A stretch of 64,000 nt of DNA from Anaerovoracaceae bacterium (lineage in GTDB: Bacteria > Bacillota > Clostridia > Peptostreptococcales > Anaerovoracaceae): positions 25,702-89,701 of the forward strand of contig JAVXGM010000005.1 of assembly GCA_036657395.1 (NCBI GenBank), in the 5' to 3' direction. Position numbers and translations under genes: made by a program. The notes under the pieces were generated by a model. That model made no database searches. It was not told where the DNA came from and worked only from the letters and a program-made list of their open reading frames with translations. Below are positions 29,188 to 38,207 of the stretch, in pieces (within the stretch, counting starts at the first letter, position 1; every line of letters starts with the position of its first letter).

Positions 29188-29263
29188 TGGTGGGCGCAAT
29201 AGGGCTCGAACCTATGACCCCCTGCTTGTAAGGCAGGTGCTCTCCCAGCTGAGCTATGCGCCC
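29188..29263 (-). tRNA. tRNA-Val (TAC)
   Basis: Reverse complement: GGGCGCATAGCTCAGCTGGGAGAGC. Stem CCTGC/GCAGG, loop CTTACAA. Confidence 0.92.
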
Positions 29264-29300
29264 TCATATCATGTGTTTTATCTACCCGACACATTTACTT

Positions 29301-29329
29301 AATATACAGCATTCTATCTTACCTGTCAA
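29301..29329 (-). promoter_or_regulatory. internal sigma-A promoter ahead of tRNA-Val (drives the 15 downstream tRNAs)
   Basis: Minus strand reads TTGACA-17 nt-TATATT, located in the 145-nt gap between tRNA-Asn and tRNA-Val. Confidence 0.6.
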
Positions 29330-29408
29330 GTATTTTTTCTCACTTTTTTTATTAATCATTACCCATATTATCTTTAGTTTTTTCTCAATAATACTTAGGA
29401 TGACTTGT

Positions 29409-29483
29409 TGGCTCCAAGGGTGGGGCTCGAACCCACAACCTACCGGTTAACAGCCGGTTGCTCCACCATTGAGCTACCTTGGA
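29409..29483 (-). tRNA. tRNA-Asn (GTT)
   Basis: Reverse complement: TCCAAGGTAGCTCAATGGTGGAGC. Stem ACCGG/CCGGT, loop CTGTTAA. Discriminator G. Confidence 0.92.
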
Positions 29484-29507
29484 CCGTTTTTTTGAGAACC
29501 GTGTTAC

Positions 29508-29536
29508 ATACTACCACATGACTTTTTTCATGTCAA
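29508..29536 (-). promoter_or_regulatory. sigma-A promoter ahead of tRNA-Asn
   Basis: Minus strand reads TTGACA-17 nt-TAGTAT with an extended -10 TG (gTGgTAGTAT), about 25 nt upstream of the tRNA 5' end. Confidence 0.7.
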
Positions 29537-29585
29537 CGGCAATTCTTCATATTTTGATGATAATTATAATTTAACAGCCCTCAGC

Positions 29586-30209
29586 CTAAGTCTTTACAAG
29601 GGTTTCTATCTCTGAAATTAATTTCATTTTCCCGCTTGTAAGAGCAACAAAAATGTCTTTCACTTGCTGACTCTCTTCAATTTCTGTGGAAACTGTTAAA
29701 GTTATTTCCTCTTCGTATACAATATTTTCAATTTTAAATTGGCCTTTACTTGCTAAATTTTCCGCCTTACCTAAATAAGAATACTCCATTTTAATTTCCA
29801 AAATGCACATTTCTTTTACATCACAAATTCCACCAACATCTAGACCAAGTTTAGCACTACTAGTATAAGCACGAACTAGGCCGCCTGTGCCAAGTTTTAT
29901 TCCGCCAAAATACCGGCTAATTACCACCACAACATTGGTAATGCCTTTTTTTACAATCATCTGCACCATAGGTGCTCCAGAAGTTCCCTGAGGTTCTCCA
30001 TCATCACTGGCCCACTGCAACTGAAATTTATCCCCTATTACCATGGCTGGAACGTTGTGGGTTGCGCTTTTATGTTCATTTCTTATCTGTTTAATAAACA
30101 GATCCGCCTCTTCTTTAGTTTCCACCGGTTTCACGTGGGCAATAAACCTAGATTTTTCTATTATTTGTTCTGCTTCACCTTGCTTATGAATGGTTTTATA
30201 ACGTATCAT
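29586..30209 (-). CDS. yigZ: YigZ/IMPACT family protein
   Basis: Motifs KSRFIAHV..., ATHNVPAMVIG, DDGEPQGTSGAPM, VVVISRYFGGIKLGTGGLVRAY. Overlaps the hflX 3' end by 14 nt. Confidence 0.85.
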   Translation of the reverse strand: MIRYKTIHKQGEAEQIIEKSRFIAHVKPVETKEEADLFIKQIRNEHKSATHNVPAMVIGDKFQLQWASDDGEPQGTSGAPMVQMIVKKGITNVVVVISRYFGGIKLGTGGLVRAYTSSAKLGLDVGGICDVKEMCILEIKMEYSYLGKAENLASKGQFKIENIVYEEEITLTVSTEIEESQQVKDIFVALTSGKMKLISEIETLVKT

Positions 30210-31476
30210 ACTCTTTTAACCTACTGTAATCTTCCACTGATAATTCCACGTCAAACAAAGTTCCATTTTCCTCATACTCCATGGTCAGCACTCTAGTTTC
30301 AGCATGCAAATAAGAGGAAATATCCCCTCTATCATACGGTACTAGCAAATGAGCATGAACCCTGTCTGCAAAGATTTTATCCTTGATTTTTTCTAGCAAA
30401 ACATCTACTTTGTAGCCTGTTTTCGCCGATATGCAAATGCTTTCGTATTCGGTAGTATCTAAGGGTATTGCCTTGGCAATATCCATCTTATTGTACACCA
30501 TAATTTTGTCTTTATCTTTTGCACCAATTTCCTGTATTACCTTATTGGTTACATGCACATGGAAATCAAAATGTTCATATGCAGAATCTACTATATGCAA
30601 AAGCAAATCTGCATCGGCAACCTCTTCTAAAGTCGCTTTAAAAGCTTGTATCAAAGAATGAGGTAATTTGCTTACAAAGCCAACAGTATCAATAAGTATA
30701 AACTCTTGATCTTGCTCCAGTTTTATCCTTCTATGCTGAGTATCTAGGGTAGCAAAAAGCATGTCCTTCTCCATGACTGCCTTGTCCTCCTTCTGAGTCA
30801 AAGTTAGCATTTGATTCATCAGAGCCGATTTTCCTGAATTGGTATATCCCATTAAAGCAACTACAGGAACATTAGACTTGTTTCTTTTAATACGTTGAGT
30901 ATCTCTTGTGTTTTTCACCTGGGCGATCTCTTTTTTAATATCGTCCATTCTCTTGGTAATATGTCTCCTATCTGTTTCCAGCTTTTTCTCACCTGGGCCT
31001 CTTGTACCTATACCTCCCCCAAGGCGGGATAAGGATTTTCCAAAGCCTGTAAGTCTAGGCATTCGATATTGCAACTGGGCAAGTTCAACTTGGAGTTTAC
31101 CTTCTCTTGAAGTGGCTCTAGCAGCAAATATATCAAGAATTAAAATCGTACGATCAATAACTCTAACACCAAGACCATCTTCTAAATTACGAAGTTGCAT
31201 CCCCGAAAGTTCATCATTAAAAATAACTGTATCCACTTCCATATTTTCGCACAACTGACCTAGTTCTTCCACTTTGCCCTTCCCTATGAGTAAGGCTGGA
31301 TTTGGCTTTGGCAGGGACTGTATCAGCTCTCCTGCCACTTCAATACCGGAAGCCTCCGCTAGCCCTGCAAGCTCTTCCATGGAATAAGAAATATCCTCAT
31401 TAAGTTGTAGGCCAACTAAAATGGCCCGATATTCGTCATCTCTCATGACTTCATTGTTTTCATTAAATTTAACCAT
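30196..31476 (-). CDS. hflX: GTPase HflX
   Basis: HflX N-domain (RAILVG..., LIIFDDELS-like NDELSGMQLRNLE). G domain GYTNSGKSALMN, DTVGF, NKMD. Neither ATG 31476 nor ATG 31446 has a clear SD. Confidence 0.88.
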   Translation of the reverse strand: MVKFNENNEVMRDDEYRAILVGLQLNEDISYSMEELAGLAEASGIEVAGELIQSLPKPNPALLIGKGKVEELGQLCENMEVDTVIFNDELSGMQLRNLEDGLGVRVIDRTILILDIFAARATSREGKLQVELAQLQYRMPRLTGFGKSLSRLGGGIGTRGPGEKKLETDRRHITKRMDDIKKEIAQVKNTRDTQRIKRNKSNVPVVALMGYTNSGKSALMNQMLTLTQKEDKAVMEKDMLFATLDTQHRRIKLEQDQEFILIDTVGFVSKLPHSLIQAFKATLEEVADADLLLHIVDSAYEHFDFHVHVTNKVIQEIGAKDKDKIMVYNKMDIAKAIPLDTTEYESICISAKTGYKVDVLLEKIKDKIFADRVHAHLLVPYDRGDISSYLHAETRVLTMEYEENGTLFDVELSVEDYSRLKEYDTL

Positions 31477-31515
31477 AAGTATATACTACCACATCTTTTA
31501 CCTTTTATGCTACTT

Positions 31516-32187
31516 TTACTCCTTAGTAACGTCTAAAATATCTTCCTTGGGCACCTGTACATAGCTATTTGGTACTTTTCCTAAAATTACGGCCTCTGCT
31601 ATAAGGATGGTGCTAGAAAATGAGAATGTATTTTCTGCGAAGGGTGCTAACATTTGAACCTGACTTTCCAAAATAATATATATTTTATATTTTGTTTGAT
31701 TGATGCCTTTGGCCTCAAATTCCGTTTTAAAGTCCATATTGGACACGCTTTGAGGAATAACAGTCATGGTCACCTTTGGACCCGTCTGAGAAAAAATTTT
31801 ACTGCCTAGGATGGCTCCTAAAGGTACCTTACTCTCATCCTTTTCCAACTTTACATAGTGTTTTTGTAATTCTTTTGATATTTCAGTGACAAGAAGATTC
31901 ATTGCCTTTGTATCCGCATGAACTATTTTGACTTCATCCTCCTTATTTTCTTCCATTACTACAAGCTTGCTCATATCCATTTCTTTGCTAAACTGGTCAT
32001 TAATTGCACTATTTACAAGTCTGCTAATAAGAATTTTCGCTCGCACCTTTGCAATTTCTTCAAGATTTGACTCCACTGTCGTTTTTAAAGCTATTAAACT
32101 GGCGGTAAATAAAATAAAGGTCAATATAAATATAATCCAAATAAGTAGCTTTGATCTTTTACGACTTTTGCCCCATTTTCTCCCCAT
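31516..32187 (-). CDS. yunB: sporulation protein YunB
   Basis: N-terminal basic stretch plus TM helix. Body is collinear with B. subtilis YunB (PLG...GPK...GINQT...PF...GKVP..Y). Confidence 0.7.
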   Translation of the reverse strand: MGRKWGKSRKRSKLLIWIIFILTFILFTASLIALKTTVESNLEEIAKVRAKILISRLVNSAINDQFSKEMDMSKLVVMEENKEDEVKIVHADTKAMNLLVTEISKELQKHYVKLEKDESKVPLGAILGSKIFSQTGPKVTMTVIPQSVSNMDFKTEFEAKGINQTKYKIYIILESQVQMLAPFAENTFSFSSTILIAEAVILGKVPNSYVQVPKEDILDVTKE

Positions 32188-32256
32188 AAAAAAACACCCC
32201 CGCCAACTATATTACTCTATGTCAGCAAGAGGTGTTTTGTTCTTATTTAATTTAAA

Positions 32257-33036
32257 CTATTTAAGCCACTCTTCTAGTTCTTCATCAAATTTGTCGTTAA
32301 TAATCTTAATATGGGTTCCCTTCATTCCTAAAGATCTAGATTCAATAACACCAGCACTTTCCAATTTACGCAATGCATTTACAATTACTGATCGTGTAAT
32401 CCCTGATCTATCTGCAATCTTGCTAGCAACCAAAAGGCCTTCTTGACCTTCTAGTTCGGCAAAAATCTGTTGTACTGCTTCAATCTCTGAGTATGATAAA
32501 GTCCCAATAGCCATTCTGACTACCGCTCTTAGCCTTGTATCTTCCTCTTCTTCTAAAGCTTTTGTTCTTTGTATTTCTAGTCCCACTACAGTAGCACCAT
32601 ATTCTCCCAGAACTAAATCTTCATCACTAAACTCAGGAGAATACCTTGTGGTAATTAAGGTCCCCCATCTCTTTCCTCCACCTAAAATTGGAATAATTGT
32701 GTGAAGCTTGTCCGATGTATCATAATCGTACTTAAAGATCTTAAGTGCTTCTTCTGCTGTAATGTTGGCCTTAGTGCCTGTAACCTGCATCAATGCATCA
32801 TTGTACTCAACAGGGAACTTTTGAAATCCAGTTTCTGGATCCGAAATAGCCGAGCTGTCAGACTTGATCTTATAATTTACGCCGATTACTTTTCCTTTGC
32901 TACTGATAATGTATACATTGGCATCCATTAAGTCACTAAGGATCTCACACAAGTCTTGAAAAGATAGGCTACCACTAACACTCTCTTGTAAAACCCAATT
33001 TAATTTTCTTACTTTCGCTAAAATTCTCTCATCCAT
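32257..33036 (-). CDS. codY: GTP-sensing pleiotropic transcriptional repressor CodY
   Basis: GAF-like N-domain and winged-HTH ASKIADRSGITRSVIVNALRKLESAGVIESRSLGMKGT. Lies downstream of hslVU as in Bacillus. Confidence 0.93.
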   Translation of the reverse strand: MDERILAKVRKLNWVLQESVSGSLSFQDLCEILSDLMDANVYIISSKGKVIGVNYKIKSDSSAISDPETGFQKFPVEYNDALMQVTGTKANITAEEALKIFKYDYDTSDKLHTIIPILGGGKRWGTLITTRYSPEFSDEDLVLGEYGATVVGLEIQRTKALEEEEDTRLRAVVRMAIGTLSYSEIEAVQQIFAELEGQEGLLVASKIADRSGITRSVIVNALRKLESAGVIESRSLGMKGTHIKIINDKFDEELEEWLK

Positions 33037-33102
33037 ATATAATCTCCTCTATATCTGCTCACAATTTAATGTGGCTTTATTTGTTGAATTATTAACAAAT
33101 GT

Positions 33103-33131
33103 ATTATATATGGTTTTCAGAATAATAACAA
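33103..33131 (-). promoter_or_regulatory. candidate sigma-A promoter for codY
   Basis: Minus strand reads TTGTTA-17 nt-TATAAT, in the 188-nt hslU-codY gap. The spacer contains ATTATTCTGAAAACC. Confidence 0.5.
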
Positions 33132-33224
33132 CTTGTTTTTAGAGTTTTCTAAAAAGTTTTTCCATTCCACACAATTGTCACAAAGTTGCAGTCTAGATTA
33201 TTTATTTTAAAACTAACTTGCTTC

Positions 33225-34670
33225 TTATAGTATGAATCGGTCAATATCTTCAGGATGAATTTTTTCCATAAACTTTTCTTTTACGTATTCTTCATCGATA
33301 ACTAATTTTTCTTCTTCCATTTCTGGAATATTAAATGAAATATCTTCCAATAATTTTTCCATTATTGTATATAATCTTCTAGCACCGATATTTTCTGTTT
33401 GCTCATTCATCAAAAATGCCATAGTAGCAATTTCTTCAATTGCACAGTCGCTGAATTCAATTTGGATCCCTTCTGTTTCTAACAGAGCCTTATGCTGCTT
33501 AAGCATTGCATTTTCAGGTACTGTAAGGATTTTTAAGAATGTGTCTCTATCTAAATTTTCAAGTTCTACACGAATAGGGAATCTACCTTGAAGTTCAGGA
33601 ATTAGATCTGTAGGCTTAGCTGTATGAAATGCTCCAGCGCCAATAAAAAGTATATGATCTGTCTTAACTGGACCATGTTTTGTGTTTACAACGCTACCTT
33701 CTACGATTGGCAAAATATCTCTTTGTACACCTTCACGAGACACGTCTGCTCCAGAGCGATATCCAGATCCTGATGCAATCTTGTCGATTTCATCAATAAA
33801 AATAATACCATTTTGCTCTGCATTAAACAGGGCATCCTCTGTAACTTGATCCATATCAATAAGATTTTGTGCTTCTTCTTCTCTTAAAATCTTTCTTGCA
33901 TCTTTAACCTTTACATTTCTTGTCTTCTTTTTGGGAGGCATCATATCTCCAAAGATATTACCTATGGCCATACCCATTCCTTCATTGCTCATGTCTAAAT
34001 TGTTACCTTTTGGAACATCTGTCACCTGAATCTCAATATATTGATCTTCTAGTTTACCATCCTTAAGCTGTTGTCTGACCTGTTCTCTTGCTAGCTCAAC
34101 ATCCATTTTCTGTTCTGAGATATCGTCGCTATCATCCTGCTTATTTTCTTCAAACTGCTGCTTCTGGCTTTGATAGCCCCCACTATTTAAAATAAAATCA
34201 AAAGGTCCTCTGTTTGCTGAGCCTTGATCATTTTTCTTCTTTTTCCCCGGAATTATTGCCTCAATGATTTTTTCGTCTACAATTTCATCTGCAATAGAAT
34301 ACTTCTCCTTAAGCTGGCCTTGTTTTGTAATTCTAATAGAAGCTTCTACCAGATCTCTAATCATTGAATCCACGTCTCTACCAACGTATCCAACTTCTGT
34401 AAACTTAGTTGCTTCCACTTTAATAAAGGGCGCATCCATTAATTTGGCTAATCTTCTTGCAATTTCCGTTTTACCTACGCCTGTGGGTCCCATCATTAGT
34501 ATATTTTTTGGGGTTATTTCCTCTCTCATTTCTTCAGAAAGAAGACTTCTTCTATATCTATTTCTCAGTGCAATTGCAACAGATTTCTTGGCATCGTCTT
34601 GGCCAATGATATATTTATCAAGCTCTTGAACGATTTCTTTAGGGGTCATTTTATATAGTTGATTTTCCAT
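33225..34670 (-). CDS. hslU: ATP-dependent protease ATPase subunit HslU
   Basis: AAA+ Walker [16 protein letters not shown], Walker [11 protein letters not shown], a large I-domain insertion, and a ClpX-like C-terminus. Confidence 0.93.
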   Translation of the reverse strand: MENQLYKMTPKEIVQELDKYIIGQDDAKKSVAIALRNRYRRSLLSEEMREEITPKNILMMGPTGVGKTEIARRLAKLMDAPFIKVEATKFTEVGYVGRDVDSMIRDLVEASIRITKQGQLKEKYSIADEIVDEKIIEAIIPGKKKKNDQGSANRGPFDFILNSGGYQSQKQQFEENKQDDSDDISEQKMDVELAREQVRQQLKDGKLEDQYIEIQVTDVPKGNNLDMSNEGMGMAIGNIFGDMMPPKKKTRNVKVKDARKILREEEAQNLIDMDQVTEDALFNAEQNGIIFIDEIDKIASGSGYRSGADVSREGVQRDILPIVEGSVVNTKHGPVKTDHILFIGAGAFHTAKPTDLIPELQGRFPIRVELENLDRDTFLKILTVPENAMLKQHKALLETEGIQIEFSDCAIEEIATMAFLMNEQTENIGARRLYTIMEKLLEDISFNIPEMEEEKLVIDEEYVKEKFMEKIHPEDIDRFIL

Positions 34671-34679
34671 TTCACCCTC

Positions 34680-35219
34680 CTATAATTTTTCTACAGAAAT
34701 ATGATCGTTAGTGTAAACGCAAATTGAAGATGCAATCTTCAGCGATTCTTTAACAATCTCCTCTGAATTCATTTGTGTATTATTAAACAATGCTTTTGCT
34801 GCTGCGTAAGCGTAATTACCACCAGACCCAATCGCTACAAAGTCCTGATCTGGCTCGATAACTTCTCCATTTCCAGAAACAACCAAAAGGCTTTCTTCGT
34901 CTGCAACTATCATTAATGCCTCAAGACTTCTCATAGCCTTGTCTGAACGCCAAAGTTGAGCCAAAGCTACGGCAGCACGTTTCAAGTTGCCACCATGTTC
35001 ATCAAGCTTACTTTCAAATTTCTCTGTAAGAGAAAACGCATCAGCAACTGACCCCGCAAATCCTGTAACTACTGAATTTTTGTAGATCTTCTTGACCTTT
35101 TTTGCTCCATTTTTCATAATAGATGTCTCACCCATGGTTACCTGTCCATCACCACCTATACAAACATCATCCGGTCCACGTCTTACTGCTACAATCGTCG
35201 TAGCATGAAATTCTACCAT
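34680..35219 (-). CDS. hslV: ATP-dependent protease subunit HslV
   Basis: N-terminal ...HATTIVAV (Thr nucleophile), GFAGSVADAF, GSGGNYA. Confidence 0.92.
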   Translation of the reverse strand: MVEFHATTIVAVRRGPDDVCIGGDGQVTMGETSIMKNGAKKVKKIYKNSVVTGFAGSVADAFSLTEKFESKLDEHGGNLKRAAVALAQLWRSDKAMRSLEALMIVADEESLLVVSGNGEVIEPDQDFVAIGSGGNYAYAAAKALFNNTQMNSEEIVKESLKIASSICVYTNDHISVEKL

Positions 35220-35234
35220 TTTTTTACCTCCAAA

Positions 35235-37292
35235 TTATTCTTTATAATCACACTCGCTGTTTGAGCAAGCATACTTACTAGTCTTAGTTCCTTTTTCTAC
35301 TAACAAAGCCCCACATTTTGGACAAGGTTTTTCAATAGGTTTATTCCAATATGACTGCTGACAGTCTGGATAACCGCTACAACCGTAAAACACCCTACCT
35401 TTTTTACTTTTTCTAGCCACAATAGGCTTACCGCATTTGGGACAATTTACATTTGTAGATTTTACAATAGGCTTGGTATTCTTGCAGTCTGGATATCCTG
35501 TGCAAGCTGCAAATTCGCCAAATCTGCCATGTTTAATAGCCATAGGCTTTCCGCACAGTTCACAATTCTCTCCAGTAAGTTCTACCTCAAATTCTATTTT
35601 TTCAATCTCTTTATCTGCAATTTCTAATTCTTTTTCAAAATTAACATAGAATTCGGCAATAATATCTTTCCAGTTTGTATCGCTTATCTCCACAGCATCT
35701 AGTTTATCTTCCATCTCCGCAGTAAATCCTGCATCTATGATTTCATTAAAGTACGTCCCCATCATTTCAATAACGATAAATCCTAGCTCTGTAGGAATAA
35801 GCGTTTTCTTTTCTCTTGAAATATATTTTCGCTCAATCAATGTCCCAATAATAGGTGCATAAGTACTGGGTCGTCCAATGTTTTCTTCTTCCAAATCTTT
35901 TACCAGACTAGCTTCTGTGAATCTTGCCGGCGGCTGTGTGAATTTTTGCTCAGGTAACAATTCGACTAGTTCCAGGTTTTCTCCCTTCTCAAGAGAAGGC
36001 AAAATATTATCGTACTTAGCCTCTTTATTTGGTGAATAAACTTTTAAAAATCCATCGAATACTAACTTGGATCCATTTGCTTTGAATGTATATCCATTGT
36101 TTTCAATTTCTGCGGCAACACCCATAAACTTAGCCGATGACATCTGACTCCCCATAAATCTACCCCAGATTATTTTGTACAGATTATATTGATCCTTAGT
36201 CAAAGATTCCTTGATTGAATCTGGATCCATATCCACATAACTTGGTCTAATGGCCTCATGAGCATCCTGGGCATCCTTCTTTTTATTAGTATAAATATTA
36301 CTTTGGTAATATTTTTCGCCAAAGTTGTTCATTATATATTCTTTTGCAGCCTCTTTGGCCTCATCCGCAATTCTGACAGAGTCGGTCCTTATATAAGAAA
36401 CTAGGCCTACGGTTCCGTGGCCTTTAATTTCAATTCCCTCATAAAGTTGCTGAGCAATCATCATCGTTTTCTTTGTATAGTAGCCTAATCTGCTAGATGC
36501 TTCCTGTTGCAGGCTACTTGTGGTAAATGGAGCATACGGTTTACGATTACGCTCTTTTTCTTCCACAAAAGTCACCTGATACTCTTTTGGCTTTAACGCT
36601 TTAACAATATGGTCTGCCTCTTCTTCATTGGCCACATTTATTTTCTTACCAAGGTATTCTATAAGTTTTGCCGTAAAAACTTTTTTCTTTTTTAAATCTA
36701 CATTTATGTTCCAATATTCTTCCGGAACAAATGCTTTGATTTCATTTTCTCTATCACAGATAATCTTAAGTGTTGCTGATTGGACTCTGCCTGCGCTAAG
36801 GCCTCTTCTCACTTTTCTCCAGAGTAGAGGGCTAATTTGATACCCTACCAATCTATCCAAAACTCTTCTGGCCTGCTGCGCATCTACTAATTTTAAATCT
36901 ATTGGGCGTGGAGCTTTAATGGCTGCTTGTACGGCTTTTTTTGTAATTTCGTTAAATACAATACGACAAGCTTTGTCTTGCTCAATCCCCAGTAAAAAAG
37001 CTAAATGCCAGGAGATTGCCTCTCCCTCTCTATCCGGGTCAGTCGCAAGGTATATTTTACCTGCCTTTTTCGCTTCTTTTTTCAGTTCCTTGATAACGTC
37101 CCCTTTTCCTCGAATGGAAATATATCCAGGTTCAAAGTTATCTTCAATATCTATTCCTAGTTTACTTTTAGGTAAATCTCTTACATGTCCTACTGAGGCA
37201 ATTACTTTGTACTTGCTCCCCAGAAATTTTCCTATGGTCTTCGCTTTTGATGGTGATTCTACAATCACTAGATTTTTCTTTGCTGCCGCCAT
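35235..37292 (-). CDS. topA: DNA topoisomerase I
   Basis: TOPRIM (LVIVESPSKAKTI, ATDPDREGE), catalytic-Tyr region (SYIRTDS), and C-terminal CxxC zinc ribbons. ATG 37292 lies 6 nt after GGGGAGG. Confidence 0.93.
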   Translation of the reverse strand: MAAAKKNLVIVESPSKAKTIGKFLGSKYKVIASVGHVRDLPKSKLGIDIEDNFEPGYISIRGKGDVIKELKKEAKKAGKIYLATDPDREGEAISWHLAFLLGIEQDKACRIVFNEITKKAVQAAIKAPRPIDLKLVDAQQARRVLDRLVGYQISPLLWRKVRRGLSAGRVQSATLKIICDRENEIKAFVPEEYWNINVDLKKKKVFTAKLIEYLGKKINVANEEEADHIVKALKPKEYQVTFVEEKERNRKPYAPFTTSSLQQEASSRLGYYTKKTMMIAQQLYEGIEIKGHGTVGLVSYIRTDSVRIADEAKEAAKEYIMNNFGEKYYQSNIYTNKKKDAQDAHEAIRPSYVDMDPDSIKESLTKDQYNLYKIIWGRFMGSQMSSAKFMGVAAEIENNGYTFKANGSKLVFDGFLKVYSPNKEAKYDNILPSLEKGENLELVELLPEQKFTQPPARFTEASLVKDLEEENIGRPSTYAPIIGTLIERKYISREKKTLIPTELGFIVIEMMGTYFNEIIDAGFTAEMEDKLDAVEISDTNWKDIIAEFYVNFEKELEIADKEIEKIEFEVELTGENCELCGKPMAIKHGRFGEFAACTGYPDCKNTKPIVKSTNVNCPKCGKPIVARKSKKGRVFYGCSGYPDCQQSYWNKPIEKPCPKCGALLVEKGTKTSKYACSNSECDYKE

Positions 37293-37349
37293 TCGCATCC
37301 TCCCCTGCTTCTTCATAAACGTTCTATAAGAGGTTATTATATCTTTTTT

Positions 37350-38207
37350 CTAAGATTTTGCAATAAAAACTTTCCCTAGAGAGGTGAGAACCAAACCTTT
37401 CATCTCTAAGATCGTAACTAATCCGTTGACAACACCAACAGGCACACCAGTCTCACTACACAACTGATCCACCGTCATTTCTCCACCTTTTGCCAAAAGC
37501 TTATATATGTTTTTTTCATCCTTTCCTAAATTTTTTTCGACTTCTTGAATTTTATGGCTTTGTATTCCCATATCAGCAAGGAGATCCTCCAGAACAACAA
37601 GTGGAATTGCCCCATCTCTTAACAATTTATTGTTGCCTAAATTGTATATGTTGTTAATATTCCCAGGAACAGAGTAAACATTTCTACCTTGATCAGCGGC
37701 AATCTCGGCAGTAATAAGAGCTCCACTTTGATTACCTGCTTGAGTCACTACTACAGTTTCACATATACCACTTATAATTCTGTTTCGCTTTGGAAAAGTG
37801 TATCTTGCAGGAGGAACTCCTTCCCCATATTCGGAAAGTACTAACCCTTCTTTCATTATTTCATCTCTAAGTCTTTTGCTGGAAGCAGGATAGCAAATGT
37901 CTATGCCACAGCCAAGGACTGCAATGGTTTTTCCTCCTGCCTTTAATGCTCCTTTATGAGCAAAGGAATCTACTCCCTGAGCCATGCCGCTTACTACTGG
38001 AACCCCACATTCTCCCAGTCGCTCTGCCAGTTTAAATGCAGCCCACTGTCCATAATCTGTAGATTTACGAGAGCCTACAATTGCCACGCACCGTTTAGAG
38101 GCTAAACTAATATCACCAATGTAATAAATCGGATTCGGTGGGTCTGCTATCCCATTTAACATTAAAGGGTAGTTTTCTTCATTTATATATACAGTATTAA
38201 TTTCCAT
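37350..38207 (-). CDS. dprA: DNA-processing protein DprA (Smf)
   Basis: Rossmann-like DprA core (VAIVGSRKSTDYG, VVSGMAQGVDS, LSEY..G.PP.R..FP.RNRIISG) with a C-terminal winged-helix. The ATG shares one base with the upstream stop (TAATG). Confidence 0.88.
   Translation of the reverse strand: MEINTVYINEENYPLMLNGIADPPNPIYYIGDISLASKRCVAIVGSRKSTDYGQWAAFKLAERLGECGVPVVSGMAQGVDSFAHKGALKAGGKTIAVLGCGIDICYPASSKRLRDEIMKEGLVLSEYGEGVPPARYTFPKRNRIISGICETVVVTQAGNQSGALITAEIAADQGRNVYSVPGNINNIYNLGNNKLLRDGAIPLVVLEDLLADMGIQSHKIQEVEKNLGKDEKNIYKLLAKGGEMTVDQLCSETGVPVGVVNGLVTILEMKGLVLTSLGKVFIAKS

Noticed and set aside
32188-32240. A possible codY terminator: AAAACACCTCT...GGCGGGGGTGTTTTTTT on the minus strand.
   Set aside because: The loop is ~26 nt. 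The T-run abuts the yunB ATG and the 3' arm supplies the yunB SD-like GGGGGTG, which would leave yunB without a promoter. It may be real, but I cannot support it as a terminator.
31928-32446. A 172-aa plus-strand ORF spanning yunB, the intergenic gap and the codY 3' end. Similar long antisense ORFs occur at 44948..45361, 46187..46549, 51035..51469, 36919..37329, 39348..39734 and 8587..8958.
   Set aside because: All are antisense to confidently identified, motif-rich genes. They have low-complexity Ser/Leu/Phe-rich composition typical of the reverse frame of AT-rich coding DNA, and no SD or recognisable domains.
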